This document shows, one piece after another, positions 11,985 through 24,272 of a stretch of 64,000 bases of DNA. A program made the position numbers and the translations under genes. Source of the DNA: Octopus vulgaris (taxonomy: Eukaryota); assembly GCA_951406725.2 (NCBI GenBank), contig OX597820.1, positions 24,614,001 through 24,678,000 on the forward strand, read 5' to 3'. The notes beneath the pieces are model-generated. The model saw only the letters and a list, made by a program, of their open reading frames with translations. It ran no database searches and was not told the DNA's origin. Positions within the stretch are counted from its first letter, which is position 1. Each line of letters opens with the position of its first letter.

Positions 11985-12197
11985 CCTTTCTACCAAAGGT
12001 CAAAAACCTAAAATTTTGGGGAAGTTGACTAGCCGATTACATCGACCCCAGTGCTTGACTAGTACTTAATTTATCGACCCCGAAAGGATGGAAGGCAAAG
12101 TCGACCTCGGTGAAATTTGCACTCAGAAGGTAGCGACGGATGAAATAACGCTAAGCATTTTGCTCGGCATGCTAACGATTCTACCACCTCGCCGCCT
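11985..12197 (-). mobile_element. SINE family C
   Basis: Conserved core ccgaggtcgactttgccttccatcctttcggggtcgataaattaagtac; other copies at 23408, 37370, 40770, 41028, 42920, 44165, 45610, 63518. Confidence 0.8.
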
Positions 12198-12269
12198 TAG
12201 TGATGATGATAATGATGATGATAATAAAAAGGAAGAGGACGAGAAACAAAAAATACAATCCCTTAATAT

Positions 12270-12473
12270 TTGAAACAGGAAGAATTTTTGAGTATGAGAA
12301 CTATAAAGGCCGTACCTATAATAATTGGTGCGTTGGGAACAGTAAACAAAGATGTAGACAAATGGCGGAAGGAGATTGGAATAGAATGCCCAGTAGAGCT
12401 CCTACAGAAGGTTTGTCTCGTAGGGACAGCAGGGATTATCAGGTGTGGTTTTAAACATTTGAAAGACTACTGA
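12270..12473 (+). pseudogene. C-terminus of R4/Dong-like (restriction-like endonuclease) non-LTR retrotransposon ORF
   Basis: VPIIIGALGTVNK...LLQKVCLVGTAGIIR is typical of the REL-endonuclease C-terminus. Confidence 0.75.
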
Positions 12474-12654
12474 AAACTTGTGGATGCCTAAAGTTACATA
12501 AATTCTACGAAGTAGTTTTGAATTGATTGCTGTTTCCTATCGTGAATATACTTTGAAATGTGTTAATCCCCTCTCTATGTTTAAGATACGAATGTGACGA
12601 GATGTAAGACGCTGTGGAGCTTCACTGTAAGGAAGTGATTATTAGTTTTTGATA

Positions 12655-13039
12655 TCTCTCTCTCTATATAAACGGCAGTTTGTCTGTGCGTTTTCTGTGT
12701 GTCTGTTTTCTCGTACCCTCACTCTGACCACGGCTTTCAACCGATTCTGATGAAACTTGACACACACATAGCCCAATGTCATAATTCAAAACTAACGCAG
12801 CGAAAATTTTGAAAAGTTCCCCAGTTCTGAAAAAAATCGATAAATTCGACATGGGGTCGAGAATCAGAAACCCAAACCACAGACCGTCTAGGGGACGCAA
12901 CTCCACCTTTTTTTACTCTCAAAAAAAATTTACCATAATATTTTTTCCATTTTTTGGCTATTTTTTGGCTATAACTCTCTAAAAATGCTTTATAGTTATT
13001 TCCCTTACAAACCTGAGCAACGCCGGGCGATACTGCTAG
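12655..13039 (+). mobile_element. Non-autonomous Helitron
   Basis: a|TC start; subterminal hairpin cctgagcaacgccggg; ends ctgCTAG|t; last ~100 bp shared with 56321-56420. Confidence 0.85.
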
Positions 13040-13324
13040 TTCTTAAATACATGTCGCTTGTCTATATCACCGACAGGAAACTTGTCGATTCTCTTTTGTT
13101 TTTATGCGTCCTAATCAGCTTTGAAAATGTTGCATTCTTTTCTGGATTGTGAAGATTGCGAAGGTGGGTCATTAGGATTGAAACGTAGCTTGTTGAAGTA
13201 TTACTAGTGAAGAAAGGAACTCATTATAAAATACTTTTTCTCAACACGTATACTAATCAGAAAGCAAAGCTTTCTTTCGATAATTACATATCGGTATCCT
13301 CAAGGGCGAGAAAATATTGTCATA

Positions 13325-13640
13325 CCGTCGGTTACGATGACAAGGGTTCTAGTTGATCCGATCAACAGAACAGCCTGCTCGGGAAATTAATGCGAAAGTG
13401 GCTGAGCACTCCACAGATACGCGTATCCTTAACGTAGTTCTTAGCGCGATTCAGCATAAAACTGGATGTGACAAGGCTGGCCTTTTGAAATACAGGAACA
13501 ACTCATTTTTGCCAGCTGAGAGGACTGGAGCAACGTGAAATAAAGTGTCTTGCTCAAAGACACAACGGGTCACTGGGAATTGAACCACTACCTTACGACC
13601 GTGAGCCGAATACTCTAACCACTAAGCCACGCCCCTTCAC
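13325..13640 (-). mobile_element. SINE family E (tRNA head + CORE-like segment)
   Basis: Minus strand ggcgtggcttagtggttagagtattcggc...ttgtgtctttgagcaagacactttatttcacgttgctccagt; + copy at 25325-25648. Confidence 0.8.
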
Positions 13641-13761
13641 TGATGAAAAAGTTCATTGGCTCCGAATATCTGCAAGGCACTCCGCAACAAGACGTCAGCT
13701 GTCAGTGACGGGATTTCGATTCGCTCTATAACCAATTTCGTGTAATTGTGTCAGAAATAGC

Positions 13762-13798
<37 letters not shown>

Positions 13799-13817
13799 TG
13801 TGTGTGTGTGTTTAGGA

Positions 13818-14375
<558 letters not shown>

Positions 14376-14869
14376 AATATGCCAGATTTTAAATATTTCA
14401 ACTTTCATTTGACATCACCACACAAAACAAGATATCATTTGAACCAAGCCGAAACTAACCGAACAGAAGCGAACAGAACCGAACAGATCACAGACAATAT
14501 CTGGCAAATAATAAAATGATTTATCAATGTTTTAACGACTCTCTTCGATGCACTAAATACTTTTGTTTTTTTATAGCGAAATAATATAAAGTAGAATTCT
14601 AAGATTTAATGGAGTTTCGAATAAAGAAGTAATTGATTTTCGGAAGTGAGTTAACATTTATTTTATTTATACCTGTGTTGTTTTTTACCTGGCGGTTTCT
14701 TATTGTTGCATTCTGTTATGTAATACAAACAGATTGGCTATTGCTGTAGCTGCTATCGTCGCAGTTATTTATGCTGTTGGTTGTTCTTTACTGTGATTCG
14801 TTGGTAGCATTATTGAGCATTAAATTAACGGACGATCAATATCCAGTTGGTTTAGTGTTTAAATCATGA

Positions 14870-14914
<45 letters not shown>

Positions 14915-15106
14915 TCCATATGTATGTATGAATGTATGTATGTATGTTTGTATGTATGTATGTGTGTTTGTATGTATGTATGTATATATCTATCTATCTA
15001 TCTCTCTGTCTGTCTCTCTATCTACCAATTCGCCTGTCTATGTATGTATGTATGTATGTATGTATGTATGTATGTATGTATGTATGTATGTATGTATGTA
15101 TCTATC

Positions 15107-15151
<45 letters not shown>

Positions 15152-15464
15152 GTCTATCTATCTATCTTTAATATAAATGCAATATAGATGAAGACGGTGA
15201 AAACCGTTATTGCATCACCCATGTCAACTGTATTGCTGTGCTAAACACAACACTAAAATTTGTTCAAAGAAGAAGACTCAATTTAAGAAGTTGAAATTAC
15301 ACGAAATACACGCTCGAGCGCTTTCGTACTCGCGCACGCATGCACGCATATGTACATGTATATAACTGATCAAAGGGAAATAATAGAGTGAGTGTTGCCA
15401 TGGATATGTAGACAGGCAGACGGGCAGACAGATAGATAGACAGATAGACAGACAAGAAAAAAAA

Positions 15465-15504
<40 letters not shown>

Positions 15505-15518
15505 TATAGATAGATAAT

Positions 15519-15590
<72 letters not shown>

Positions 15591-15640
15591 CAGACTGATA
15601 GACAGTCAGATAGATAGATACATAAATAGATAGATAGATA

Positions 15641-16787
15641 AGTTTCTTTATTGGCCACACAGGGCTGCACACAGATGGGACAAATTACAAGGTAGAGCTT
15701 TTATTTTGTGGGATGAAAAAAAAACAAAAAACAAAAGAAACAAAAAAAAAGTGGCGTAGGTTTTCGATCAAAAGGGATCGTAAAAGGGGAACAAGGAAAA
15801 AAAAAGAAAGAAAAGAAAAAAAGGGAAAAAAGGTAAAGAAAAAGAAAAAAGGAAGAAAAAAGAGGAAAAAAGGGGAGAGGAAAAAAACGATCAATAGGAA
15901 TCGTGATCACAGTGTCATGATGTACGGTGTAAAGGGGAAAGCAGATAAGGTTTATCCGTGGGAAGAAAAGCCTACGAAAAAGACCACGGTAACCTTGGTC
16001 AATATTGTTATATGTTACCACATTTATTTGCAAGTGGATAACCCTCTGTTTTCAATTTCTGGGCTCATATGATTATGCTCAAGGTGGCTTCGTCATTCAT
16101 ACATGCCATCCTTGCTACATTCACCCATCTTTTTTTAAAACATTCGCTAGACAAAACTTGCCTCTCTACTCTAACTTTCCTTTTCAAGTGGTGCTTGAGG
16201 AAGTTGATGAGAGATTGACCAGAGAGGAAAGTGTTTGTCTCAAATCCTTTCAGACGCGTCCACCAGATACATTCCTTCGCCATAGCCACAAGGATGATGA
16301 AAATAGCTCTTCCTTCCCGTTTGAAGGAAGGAGGCGTGACAATATTGACGATAGACTCAGCTGATAAACCGACTCGACCCACACGTGACAGCAGTTGTTC
16401 GACATAAGCCCACAGGTCGGAAATTGTTGGACACTGCACGAGTGCGTGCAGAACGGTTTCGTCGCTCTGACCGCATCTCGGGCAGGTCGGCCCCGTGTTT
16501 CTCGAGCTGTGTCTGTAGAGCTTATCCCGAACGGGTAGCGCTTTTCGGTAGCACTGCCAGACCAGGGATCTCTGGAAGTTGTCCATGGGCCCTAGCCCGA
16601 AAGTCGTCCCGAACAGGTGGGTTAGGCATTCCTCGTCGACGTCCAGGTTCGCCCCGAGCTCGTCGTCGTAACTCCCCTCCACTAATCCCCTCTAGAATGC
16701 TTTGGTTGTGATGGAGTCACTCAAGGTCGACCCAGGACGGCAGAGTTGCTTGAGAGCAACGCGACACTCGCGGTGCCATTCGCCCTT
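15641..16787 (-). mobile_element. 5'-truncated Tx1/L1-like LINE inserted in (GATA)n
   Basis: ORF2 C-terminus + T-rich 3' UTR ending aataaagaaact; (GATA)n on both flanks. Confidence 0.88.
16065..16787 (-). pseudogene. LINE ORF2 C-terminal zinc-binding (zf-RVT-like) region
   Basis: WQCYRKALPVRDKL...CPRCGQSDETVLHALVQCP..LW (CCHC); one in-frame TAG at 16692-16694; truncated upstream. Confidence 0.88.
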
Positions 16788-16869
16788 AGATAGATAGATT
16801 GATAGATAGATAGATAGATAGATAGATATATAGATAGATATATAGATAGATAGATAGATAGATAGATAC

Positions 16870-16926
<57 letters not shown>

Positions 16927-16934
16927 CAGAGATA

Positions 16935-17411
16935 AGTTTCTTTATTGGCCACACAGGGCTGTACACAGGTGGGACAAGTTACAAAGTAGAGCTTTTCTTT
17001 TGGGGGATGAAAAAAAACAAAAAACAAAAGAAACAAAAAAAAGGGGTGGCGTAGGTTTTCGATCAAGAGGGATCGTAAAAGGGAAGAAAAGAACAAAAAA
17101 AATAAATAAATAAAAGAAAAGAAAAAAAAGAAGAAAAAAAAAGAAAAGGAAAAGGAACAAAAGAAAAGAGAAATGAAAAAGAAGAAAAAGGGGAAAAAGG
17201 GGAAGAGGAAAAAAACGATCAATAGGGATCGTGTATCACAGTGTTATGATATATGGTGTAAAGGGAAAGCAAGTAAGGTTTATCCGTGGGAAGAAAAGCC
17301 TACGAAAAGGACCACGGTAACCTTGGTCAATAATGTTATATGTTACCACATTTGTTTGCAAGTGGGTAACCCTCTGTTTTCAATTTCTGGGTTCATAGGA
17401 TTATGCTCAAG
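16935..17411 (-). mobile_element. Second, shorter Tx1/L1-like copy (3' UTR) in the same (GATA)n tract
   Basis: Diverged direct repeat of 15641-16083. Confidence 0.88.
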
Positions 17412-17427
17412 ATAGAAAGATAGATAC

Positions 17428-17492
<65 letters not shown>

Positions 17493-18707
17493 AAGAGAGA
17501 GGGGCAAAAATTAAGATTAAATAAAATGGTACTATCAACACAGATATGCAAAACGGAAACAATGTATGAGCGTAAGTGTCGTTCGAGATAGAATAAGTAA
17601 CAGAGAATAATAACAGATACAGAATAAGTAACTAGAGAGAGAATAAGTAATAGATAGACGGGAAGAAACACAATAAATTAGAAAGCGAACAAGAGAAAGA
17701 GAGAACGGAAAATATGAGCGAAGAAAGAGAAAAGGAAAGAGAAAGAGTAAGCGAGGAGAACGCAGAAGACAGACAGAGAAAGCGAGAGGGAAAGTTGGAG
17801 AGAGAACGAACATACTGGAAGAATTAAGTGACATACATGGTACGTGTTTAACATGAAAAATCATGTACTAAAAGCGAAAACGTCTTAAACTTGAAACCCT
17901 CAGCAGGATTTTCAATATCTGGCAAAGTTTCATATCTGTCATAGACAAATAAAGAACAAATAAAGCAACTGCATTGTAATGTTATCTGGTATGGGGGTAA
18001 GAGATAACAAAAGACATACTGAACGATCTATGATCTGAGACTTACGCACAAAGGAACTGCCATAAATATTAAGCATTGTCTAATATTAGACGACTATAAT
18101 GGACGGACCGTACGTTCTTGTATGTATGTATGTATGTATGTATGTATGTATGTATGTATGTATGTATGTATGTATGTATGTATGTATGTATGTATGTATG
18201 TATGTATGTATGTATGTATGTATGTATGTATGTATGCAGGTGGGTTATATAATCATGTATATGTATAAATAAGTATTCACACATACACATACATAAATAT
18301 TTATTTATAGATACATATATACACATATATTTATCTATATATACATACATACATTCTTTTATTCTTTTATTCTTCTACTTGTTTCAGTCATTTGACAAGG
18401 CTTTGAGTAGATGAAACAGGGACAACTGAAGAAGGGGAATATTCTTTATGTTGTAGGTTTCGTTTCTCTGTTTTTTTCGTTGTTTGAAAAAAAGTTCGTT
18501 TCTATGTTTTTGTTTTTATATTTTCTCATTGTGTTCAACGTTTTTTTATGTCCTGTACCCATATATGCATGTATATATACATATATATGTAGGTATGTAC
18601 ATATATGTATGTATATATGCACATATTTATATATTATTTTTTATTATATATATATATATGTTTGTGTGAGCGTGTATATACGTATATATACATATATGTG
18701 CGTGTAA

Positions 18708-18771
<64 letters not shown>

Positions 18772-19354
18772 GGATTTGATTTGAAAACCCACTGGATTGG
18801 GAGAAAGCGCTAATAATCCGAATGATATGATCTGAATGATATGATAGATATATATGTAAAAAATGTAATATATAAATAAATATCTATAAATATGAACCAT
18901 CCGATCTGATTACCTCATTTTTTCTAATATATAATACCTGTACATCATCTCCAAACCTTCCAATATATATATATATGAATATATAGATATATGTATGTAG
19001 CTATGTATGTATGCATATATGTGTATATGTGAGTGTATATGTGTATCTGAAGTATGCGTATATACATGAAACGAAAATGAGCGATGAAAAAATCCCAGAG
19101 TAACTAGTTGTATGCTTTTCAAGAACAATTACGGGTAAAGCCATATTAAATAATATTCAAGATAAATCATTGATTTACTGAAATTATTTCCGGTTTCAGA
19201 GAGAGTACTCCAATCGCTTGGTGGCAATTAAACATCATATATATCTCAGCAATGTCAGACCGATTGACATTAAATATTTATTTATAATTGTTTGTTATTC
19301 TGAGATTATTTCCCATTCTCATTTGTTATTGCTACTAGGTGATTGATCAACACC

Positions 19355-19385
<31 letters not shown>

Positions 19386-20159
19386 TAGTGAAGAAATAGG
19401 TAGCAAAGAACAACTCTCTGATATATGATGGAAAGAATATGTGTACCTCTACGTTATAGTCTTTTCTCCGACAAACATTTGTATTTGTGACCATTATTCA
19501 CTTCGTGAGACGGTGTTGTAAAGGCCATATTCCAGTGAAGACATAGCACTCGGCCACACGTGTTTGGATATAAAACCGAAAGCGACGGAGAAACTTATTG
19601 ATGCTAGTGGTTTTATATCTAGTCGCTTTACCATCGCTTTTCTAGACATTAAAGTTCTCGAAATTTATTCAACATGAAAATAAATTCCTACATTATCTAT
19701 ATACCAAATAAGATTGCCAATGGTCGAACAAGCGAAGTATAATTTACTGAATGTCTTCAATAAATAATTATCAAAAAATTTCAAATCAGTCTCCTTGTTG
19801 GAGTATTGGTGGGGGTATGAAGTGAGGGTAGAATAAAGTATTAAAAACAGTATATAGCAGTGATACCCCACATGAAGGGAACCAGTGCTACGTTCTATAT
19901 TCTTGATCAAGGAGTGGATATTACAAATTTGGGTGAGCTCTTGTGCCAGCTTGTGGTGTTACACTCTTGAGGCCAGTGGGATATTAAAATGTTAGGCCAG
20001 ATGGCAGGGCTTATACCCTTGGACCAAGTAGGAATGCTACACCCGTCAACGAATTAAGCTCACCAACTAAGAACAAGAACTGTCCCCTTCGACGGACTTT
20101 CGCATTATATTAGTTAGTGTACATTACGGTTTCCGTAACAATTCGGTTTTCCGATTGAA

Positions 20160-20349
20160 GTTGTAAGCCTTAAGTCAACCTCTTTACTTTCGAGGAGAGG
20201 TGGATCGCACTTCGTCACGATTATACCCTTCGGTCGGTCTGGTATGATCGATGCAGCAAAGAGCCTACGCTCTCACCAACGTTGTCCTCTGGATCATAGA
20301 ACTATGCAAGCCCCTCGATCACGACAAAGTAGCGATCTTTTGAGGGGCC
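20160..20349 (-). mobile_element. 5' UTR remnant of an RTE-clade LINE
   Basis: Minus strand gatcgctactttgtcgtgatcgaggggcttgcat...atgatcc resembles the conserved RTE/BovB 5' motif (cttgtcgtgg..ggggcttgcgt). Confidence 0.6.
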
Positions 20350-20962
20350 GATCCTTGTTAGGGCTGATCATTCTGAGGAGCGCATTATATGACGTTAACC
20401 AAATTTCAACCTCATAGTTTCGTTGGAATTGATGCCAAATGAGTAAACACTTGCCAAAGATTCTACGCTTTGAAATCGAACCCGAAACCACAAAGTTAAC
20501 GCAGCGAAATGCTTATACACACAGCTGTATCCCTTTTCATAGTGAGCTTATCTGTCTAAACTCAGGTTAACTTTTACAATTATATTTTTATCGACTTATG
20601 AGATGGGTACTAAAATCGTTGAATATACTCAATTGAGAGAGCTAAAACAACCAGCTTGAAGAAGTGATAAAATATTAAACTCACGTAAATCAGTATCTTA
20701 TCGTTCAAAACTTATGACGAATAACTTCGTCTAGTGAATTCATTGATAATAAAGGGAGTAATATTATTTTATTGCTTCAAGAAAAATTATTCAGCATGGG
20801 AATTGAAACATTCAGTGTGTCGATGTCTAGCTGTATGGTTTGCTGTGGAAGTATATTCTATGTTTTGCCATAGAATGATATTCAAGTGATATAGTAGACA
20901 GACATTCTTTTTGTCACGGTGCGTGTATGGAACCCATTGCAGTTTCTGAATATCCTAAAAGC

Positions 20963-21022
<60 letters not shown>

Positions 21023-21068
21023 CACACACACACATACACACACATACATATTCATATGTGTGTGTGTA

Positions 21069-21127
<59 letters not shown>

Positions 21128-21358
21128 GTGTGTATACAGATATGTGTGTATATATATGTGTGTGTACATATATGTGCGTATGTGTGTGCGTGTATATATC
21201 CATATGTGTGTATGTGCGCGCGTGTATATATCTATATGTGTGTGTGTGTTTGTGTATGTGTGCGTGTGTGTGTTTGTGTATGTGTGCGTGTGTGTGTGTG
21301 CAACAACATAGATATATAAATATTTTTTATTGTGTTTGGAAGCTTCGAATGTGTATCG

Positions 21359-21514
21359 TATCATACAGACAAGGGAGTGATATTTCGAACGCAGTTTAGC
21401 CATCGAAACAGCAGAAAGACGGGGTATTTTACCCTTCCGTGATAGAAAATGCTGTCAGCAGACAACTAAAGGCTATAACTGCATTCGAAATATTACTTCC
21501 TTGTCTGTATGATA
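21359..21514. mobile_element. MITE-like element with ~43-bp imperfect TIRs
   Basis: tatcatacagacaagggagtgatatttcgaacgcagtttagcc ... ggctataactgcattcgaaatattacttccttgtctgtatgata. Confidence 0.65.
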
Positions 21515-21919
21515 TAATCACCCAGTATCAAGAATAAATAATCCAACTGAAATCTAAAATGAACCCGTCTACGCATGATGTCAGCTGACGTTTCCCCTAG
21601 GTTTGGTTATCAATCGCCAATGTGGTCATCCCAAGTGTTGGATGAATATCCTGTCACGGAGACATCGAGGCAACCTCGTATTTGTTTATATGACGACTGC
21701 TTGAGACTCCGAAATATTTGACTACCGCCAGTATAATAGTATGATACAGAATGATGCGTGTGACTTTTACCTGACAATGTCCCTTAAGAATGTAAAAATA
21801 TAAAACAAAGCTATGTAGCCCATAGGCCGACTTACGACTAAATCGACTTACGACCAGTCAGTCGGAACTAATTGTGGTCGTAATTCGACGACGATCTGTA
21901 TACACACACACACAGAGAT

Positions 21920-21993
<74 letters not shown>

Positions 21994-22128
21994 AGATGTA
22001 CTCGCATAGCAAGTAATTTGCTCTGAGATCGTGTGCTGAAACGAAAACAATTGCAGCGTGGAAGGTGTTTATAAGCCATTTAAGAAACACACAAAAACCG
22101 TTCGATTCACTTCAACATTTAAGTTTAA

Positions 22129-22178
22129 TTTGTCAAAATATTTTCGTCGCTAAAATCCGCGACCTGTTCACTGACAAA
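22129..22178 (-). ncRNA. Minimal type I hammerhead, G3-C8 core variant (mirror copy)
   Basis: Exact reverse complement of 22209-22258. Confidence 0.7.
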
Positions 22179-22208
22179 AATCCGTGCTGCACGGATGCAG
22201 CACGGATT

Positions 22209-22258
22209 TTTGTCAGTGAACAGGTCGCGGATTTTAGCGACGAAAATATTTTGACAAA
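22209..22258 (+). ncRNA. Minimal type I hammerhead, G3-C8 core variant
   Basis: tttgtca-GTGAACA-g-gtcgc ggatttta gcgac-GAAA-atat-TT-tgacaaa: 7-bp stem I, 5-bp stem II, palindromic stem III. Confidence 0.7.
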
Positions 22259-22339
22259 TTAAACTTAAATGTTGAAGTGAATCGAACGGCTTTTGTGTGT
22301 TTCTTAAATGGCTTATAAACACCTTCCACGCTGCAATTG

Positions 22340-22377
<38 letters not shown>

Positions 22378-22380
22378 AAC

Positions 22381-22986
22381 ATAGTAAATAGTGTAATAAA
22401 AATAAATTATCATTACCAGTGACCTAGCACAAAAGACGAATTAGTCATTAGACTATACGTTATTCATATATAAGTACATTAAAAGGCTTCCAAATAAAGA
22501 AGCAAGTGCTAGATACACAAAGAGGGGATAAATTCATGAAATTCATGAGGGGATTAGCTGAGATGGTAAACGTTTTTGATTTTGCAGTTTCATCTTCTTT
22601 TTAGCGAATGAATTGAATTCATCTGCCAATGCCAGAATCGTCAGCAGGAAGCTTTGTAATCCAAGCTGTACACATCGCTAGAAGCACGTGCAAATCTAAC
22701 GATCTGTATACTCTAACTTTTCAGACCAGTGCGCAGACGCAAATTATACCCGACGAACAGATAGGATGCCGGTAAAAATTTACGAGCAAATTTATCGAGC
22801 AATATTTGAAGATAGTAAATAGGGTAATAAAATTCTATTCATTTGCTAAAAAAAAAACGATGAAACTGCAGTACAGGATTAGCTGAGATGGTAAACGTTT
22901 TTGATTTTCATTTCATTTCATGAATCTATCCCCTCTTTGTGTATCTAGCACTTGCTTCTTTATTTGGAAGCCTTTAATGTACTTAT
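22381..22986. mobile_element. Second fold-back PLE-type insert with a split hammerhead
   Basis: Inverted arms ~22466-22619 / 22831-22990; minus strand tcctg-CTGACGA...GAAA-ctgca (22649-22583); plus strand GAAA-ctgcag-TA-cagga (22862-22878). Confidence 0.75.
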
Positions 22987-22996
22987 ATATATATAT

Positions 22997-23291
22997 GGAG
23001 GCGCAATGGCCCAGTGGTTAGGGCAGCGAACTCGCGGTCGTAGGATCGCGGTTTCGATTCCCAGACCGGGTGTCGTGAGTGTTTATTGAGCGAAAACACC
23101 TAAAATCTCCACGAGCCTCCGGCAGTGGGGGTGATCCCTGCTGTACTCTTTCACCACTCTTTCTCCCACTCTTTCTTCTGTTGGCCTGCTCGCTTAGCCA
23201 GCGGGGTGGCGTCGCTCGAAGGCTAAAACAATGCGAACGCATTGTGACCAGCGATGTGTAACTACATCTGATGGACTGGTCGGTCACGTGA
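22997..23291 (+). mobile_element. SINE family A
   Basis: tRNA-like head as at 1398; tail as at 51150-51440. Confidence 0.85.
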
Positions 23292-23292
23292 T

Positions 23293-23343
<51 letters not shown>

Positions 23344-23407
23344 TGTGCGTTTGTGTGTGTGTCCGTCCGTCCGTTTGCTAGTGATATCAGAAAACGATTA
23401 TTCATTA

Positions 23408-23625
23408 TCGAGCTGGCAGAATCGTTACCGCTCCGAGAAAAATGCTTAACAGAAGTACTTTTCGGCTTTACATTCATAGTTCGAATACTGCCGGGGTCGA
23501 TCTTGCCTTCATCCGTTCAGGTTCAATATAAAATAAGTATCAGTTGAACACTGGGGTCAACGTAACAGATTTAACAGATTTACCTCTCACCCTAAAATCA
23601 CTGACCTTGTGCCAAAATATTAAAT
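23408..23625 (+). mobile_element. SINE family C (decayed)
   Basis: gagctggcagaatcgtta...ggtcgatcttgccttcatcc core. Confidence 0.7.
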
Positions 23626-23929
23626 CAACAGCATAGAAGACGTTAATACTTTAGTCGAGTCAGATACATTCTGTTCTGTGTTTCACCCGTGAATGCACAG
23701 GATTGTCAGTTAAGTTATGAATGAAAATTGATGGGATTTGTTCGTTTAGATAAAAGTTCCTTGTTACAGGCTATGGTAGAGGACAGAAAATATGATAAAA
23801 AGGGTGAAAAAGAAGAGACATATAGAAGACAAACGAGAAAAAGATTGGAAAGTAAATAAAAAAAAGGAGGAAAGGGGGCTACAATGTAATTCAAGAAGAT
23901 ACAAATTGACTGAGGTTTTTCTTTTGCTT

Positions 23930-24149
23930 TACGAGGGCATGCAGAAAAGTTCTTGACTTTAAGGGATTCGTGGAAGGCCTGGCTGGAGGCCCAACTTATC
24001 GAGTTCTTTAACAGCGCTTAGAAAAACTGAAGGGCCGTTGCCATAAGTGTGTGAATCTGAGAAAGGGAATATGTTAAATAAAATAATATTCAAGTTAATC
24101 TCCTTTATTTTCTTTTACCCAAAGCCAGAAACTTTTCATCACACCGTCG

Positions 24150-24151
<2 letters not shown>
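23930..24151 (+). mobile_element. Short non-autonomous mariner derivative
   Basis: Imperfect TIRs tacgagggcatgcagaaaagttcttgacttt / aaagccagaaacttttcatcacaccgtcgta with TA ends; internal LEKLKGRCHKCVNL resembles the mariner C-terminus. Confidence 0.7.
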
Positions 24152-24181
<30 letters not shown>

Positions 24182-24221
24182 TGTATGTATGTATGTATGT
24201 ATGTATGTATGTATGTATGTA

Positions 24222-24272
<51 letters not shown>

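Larger units (their letters stand above)
21991..22340. mobile_element. Fold-back (head-to-head) PLE-type non-coding insert in (TA)n
   Basis: 145-bp arms 22047-22191 and 22196-22340, one mismatch, 4-nt loop; (TA)n on both sides. Confidence 0.85.

Noticed and set aside
15713-16072. Lys/Arg-rich ORFs on + (also 17173-17415)
   Set aside because: Antisense reading of the T-rich Tx1 3' UTR
19665-19910. ORF with WYIDN resembling an RT YxDD motif
   Set aside because: No other RT motifs recognisable; too weak to call
21580-21625. Possible U3-A8 hammerhead on the minus strand (TTGATAA…GAAACGTC)
   Set aside because: Stem I does not close and stem II is only 2 bp
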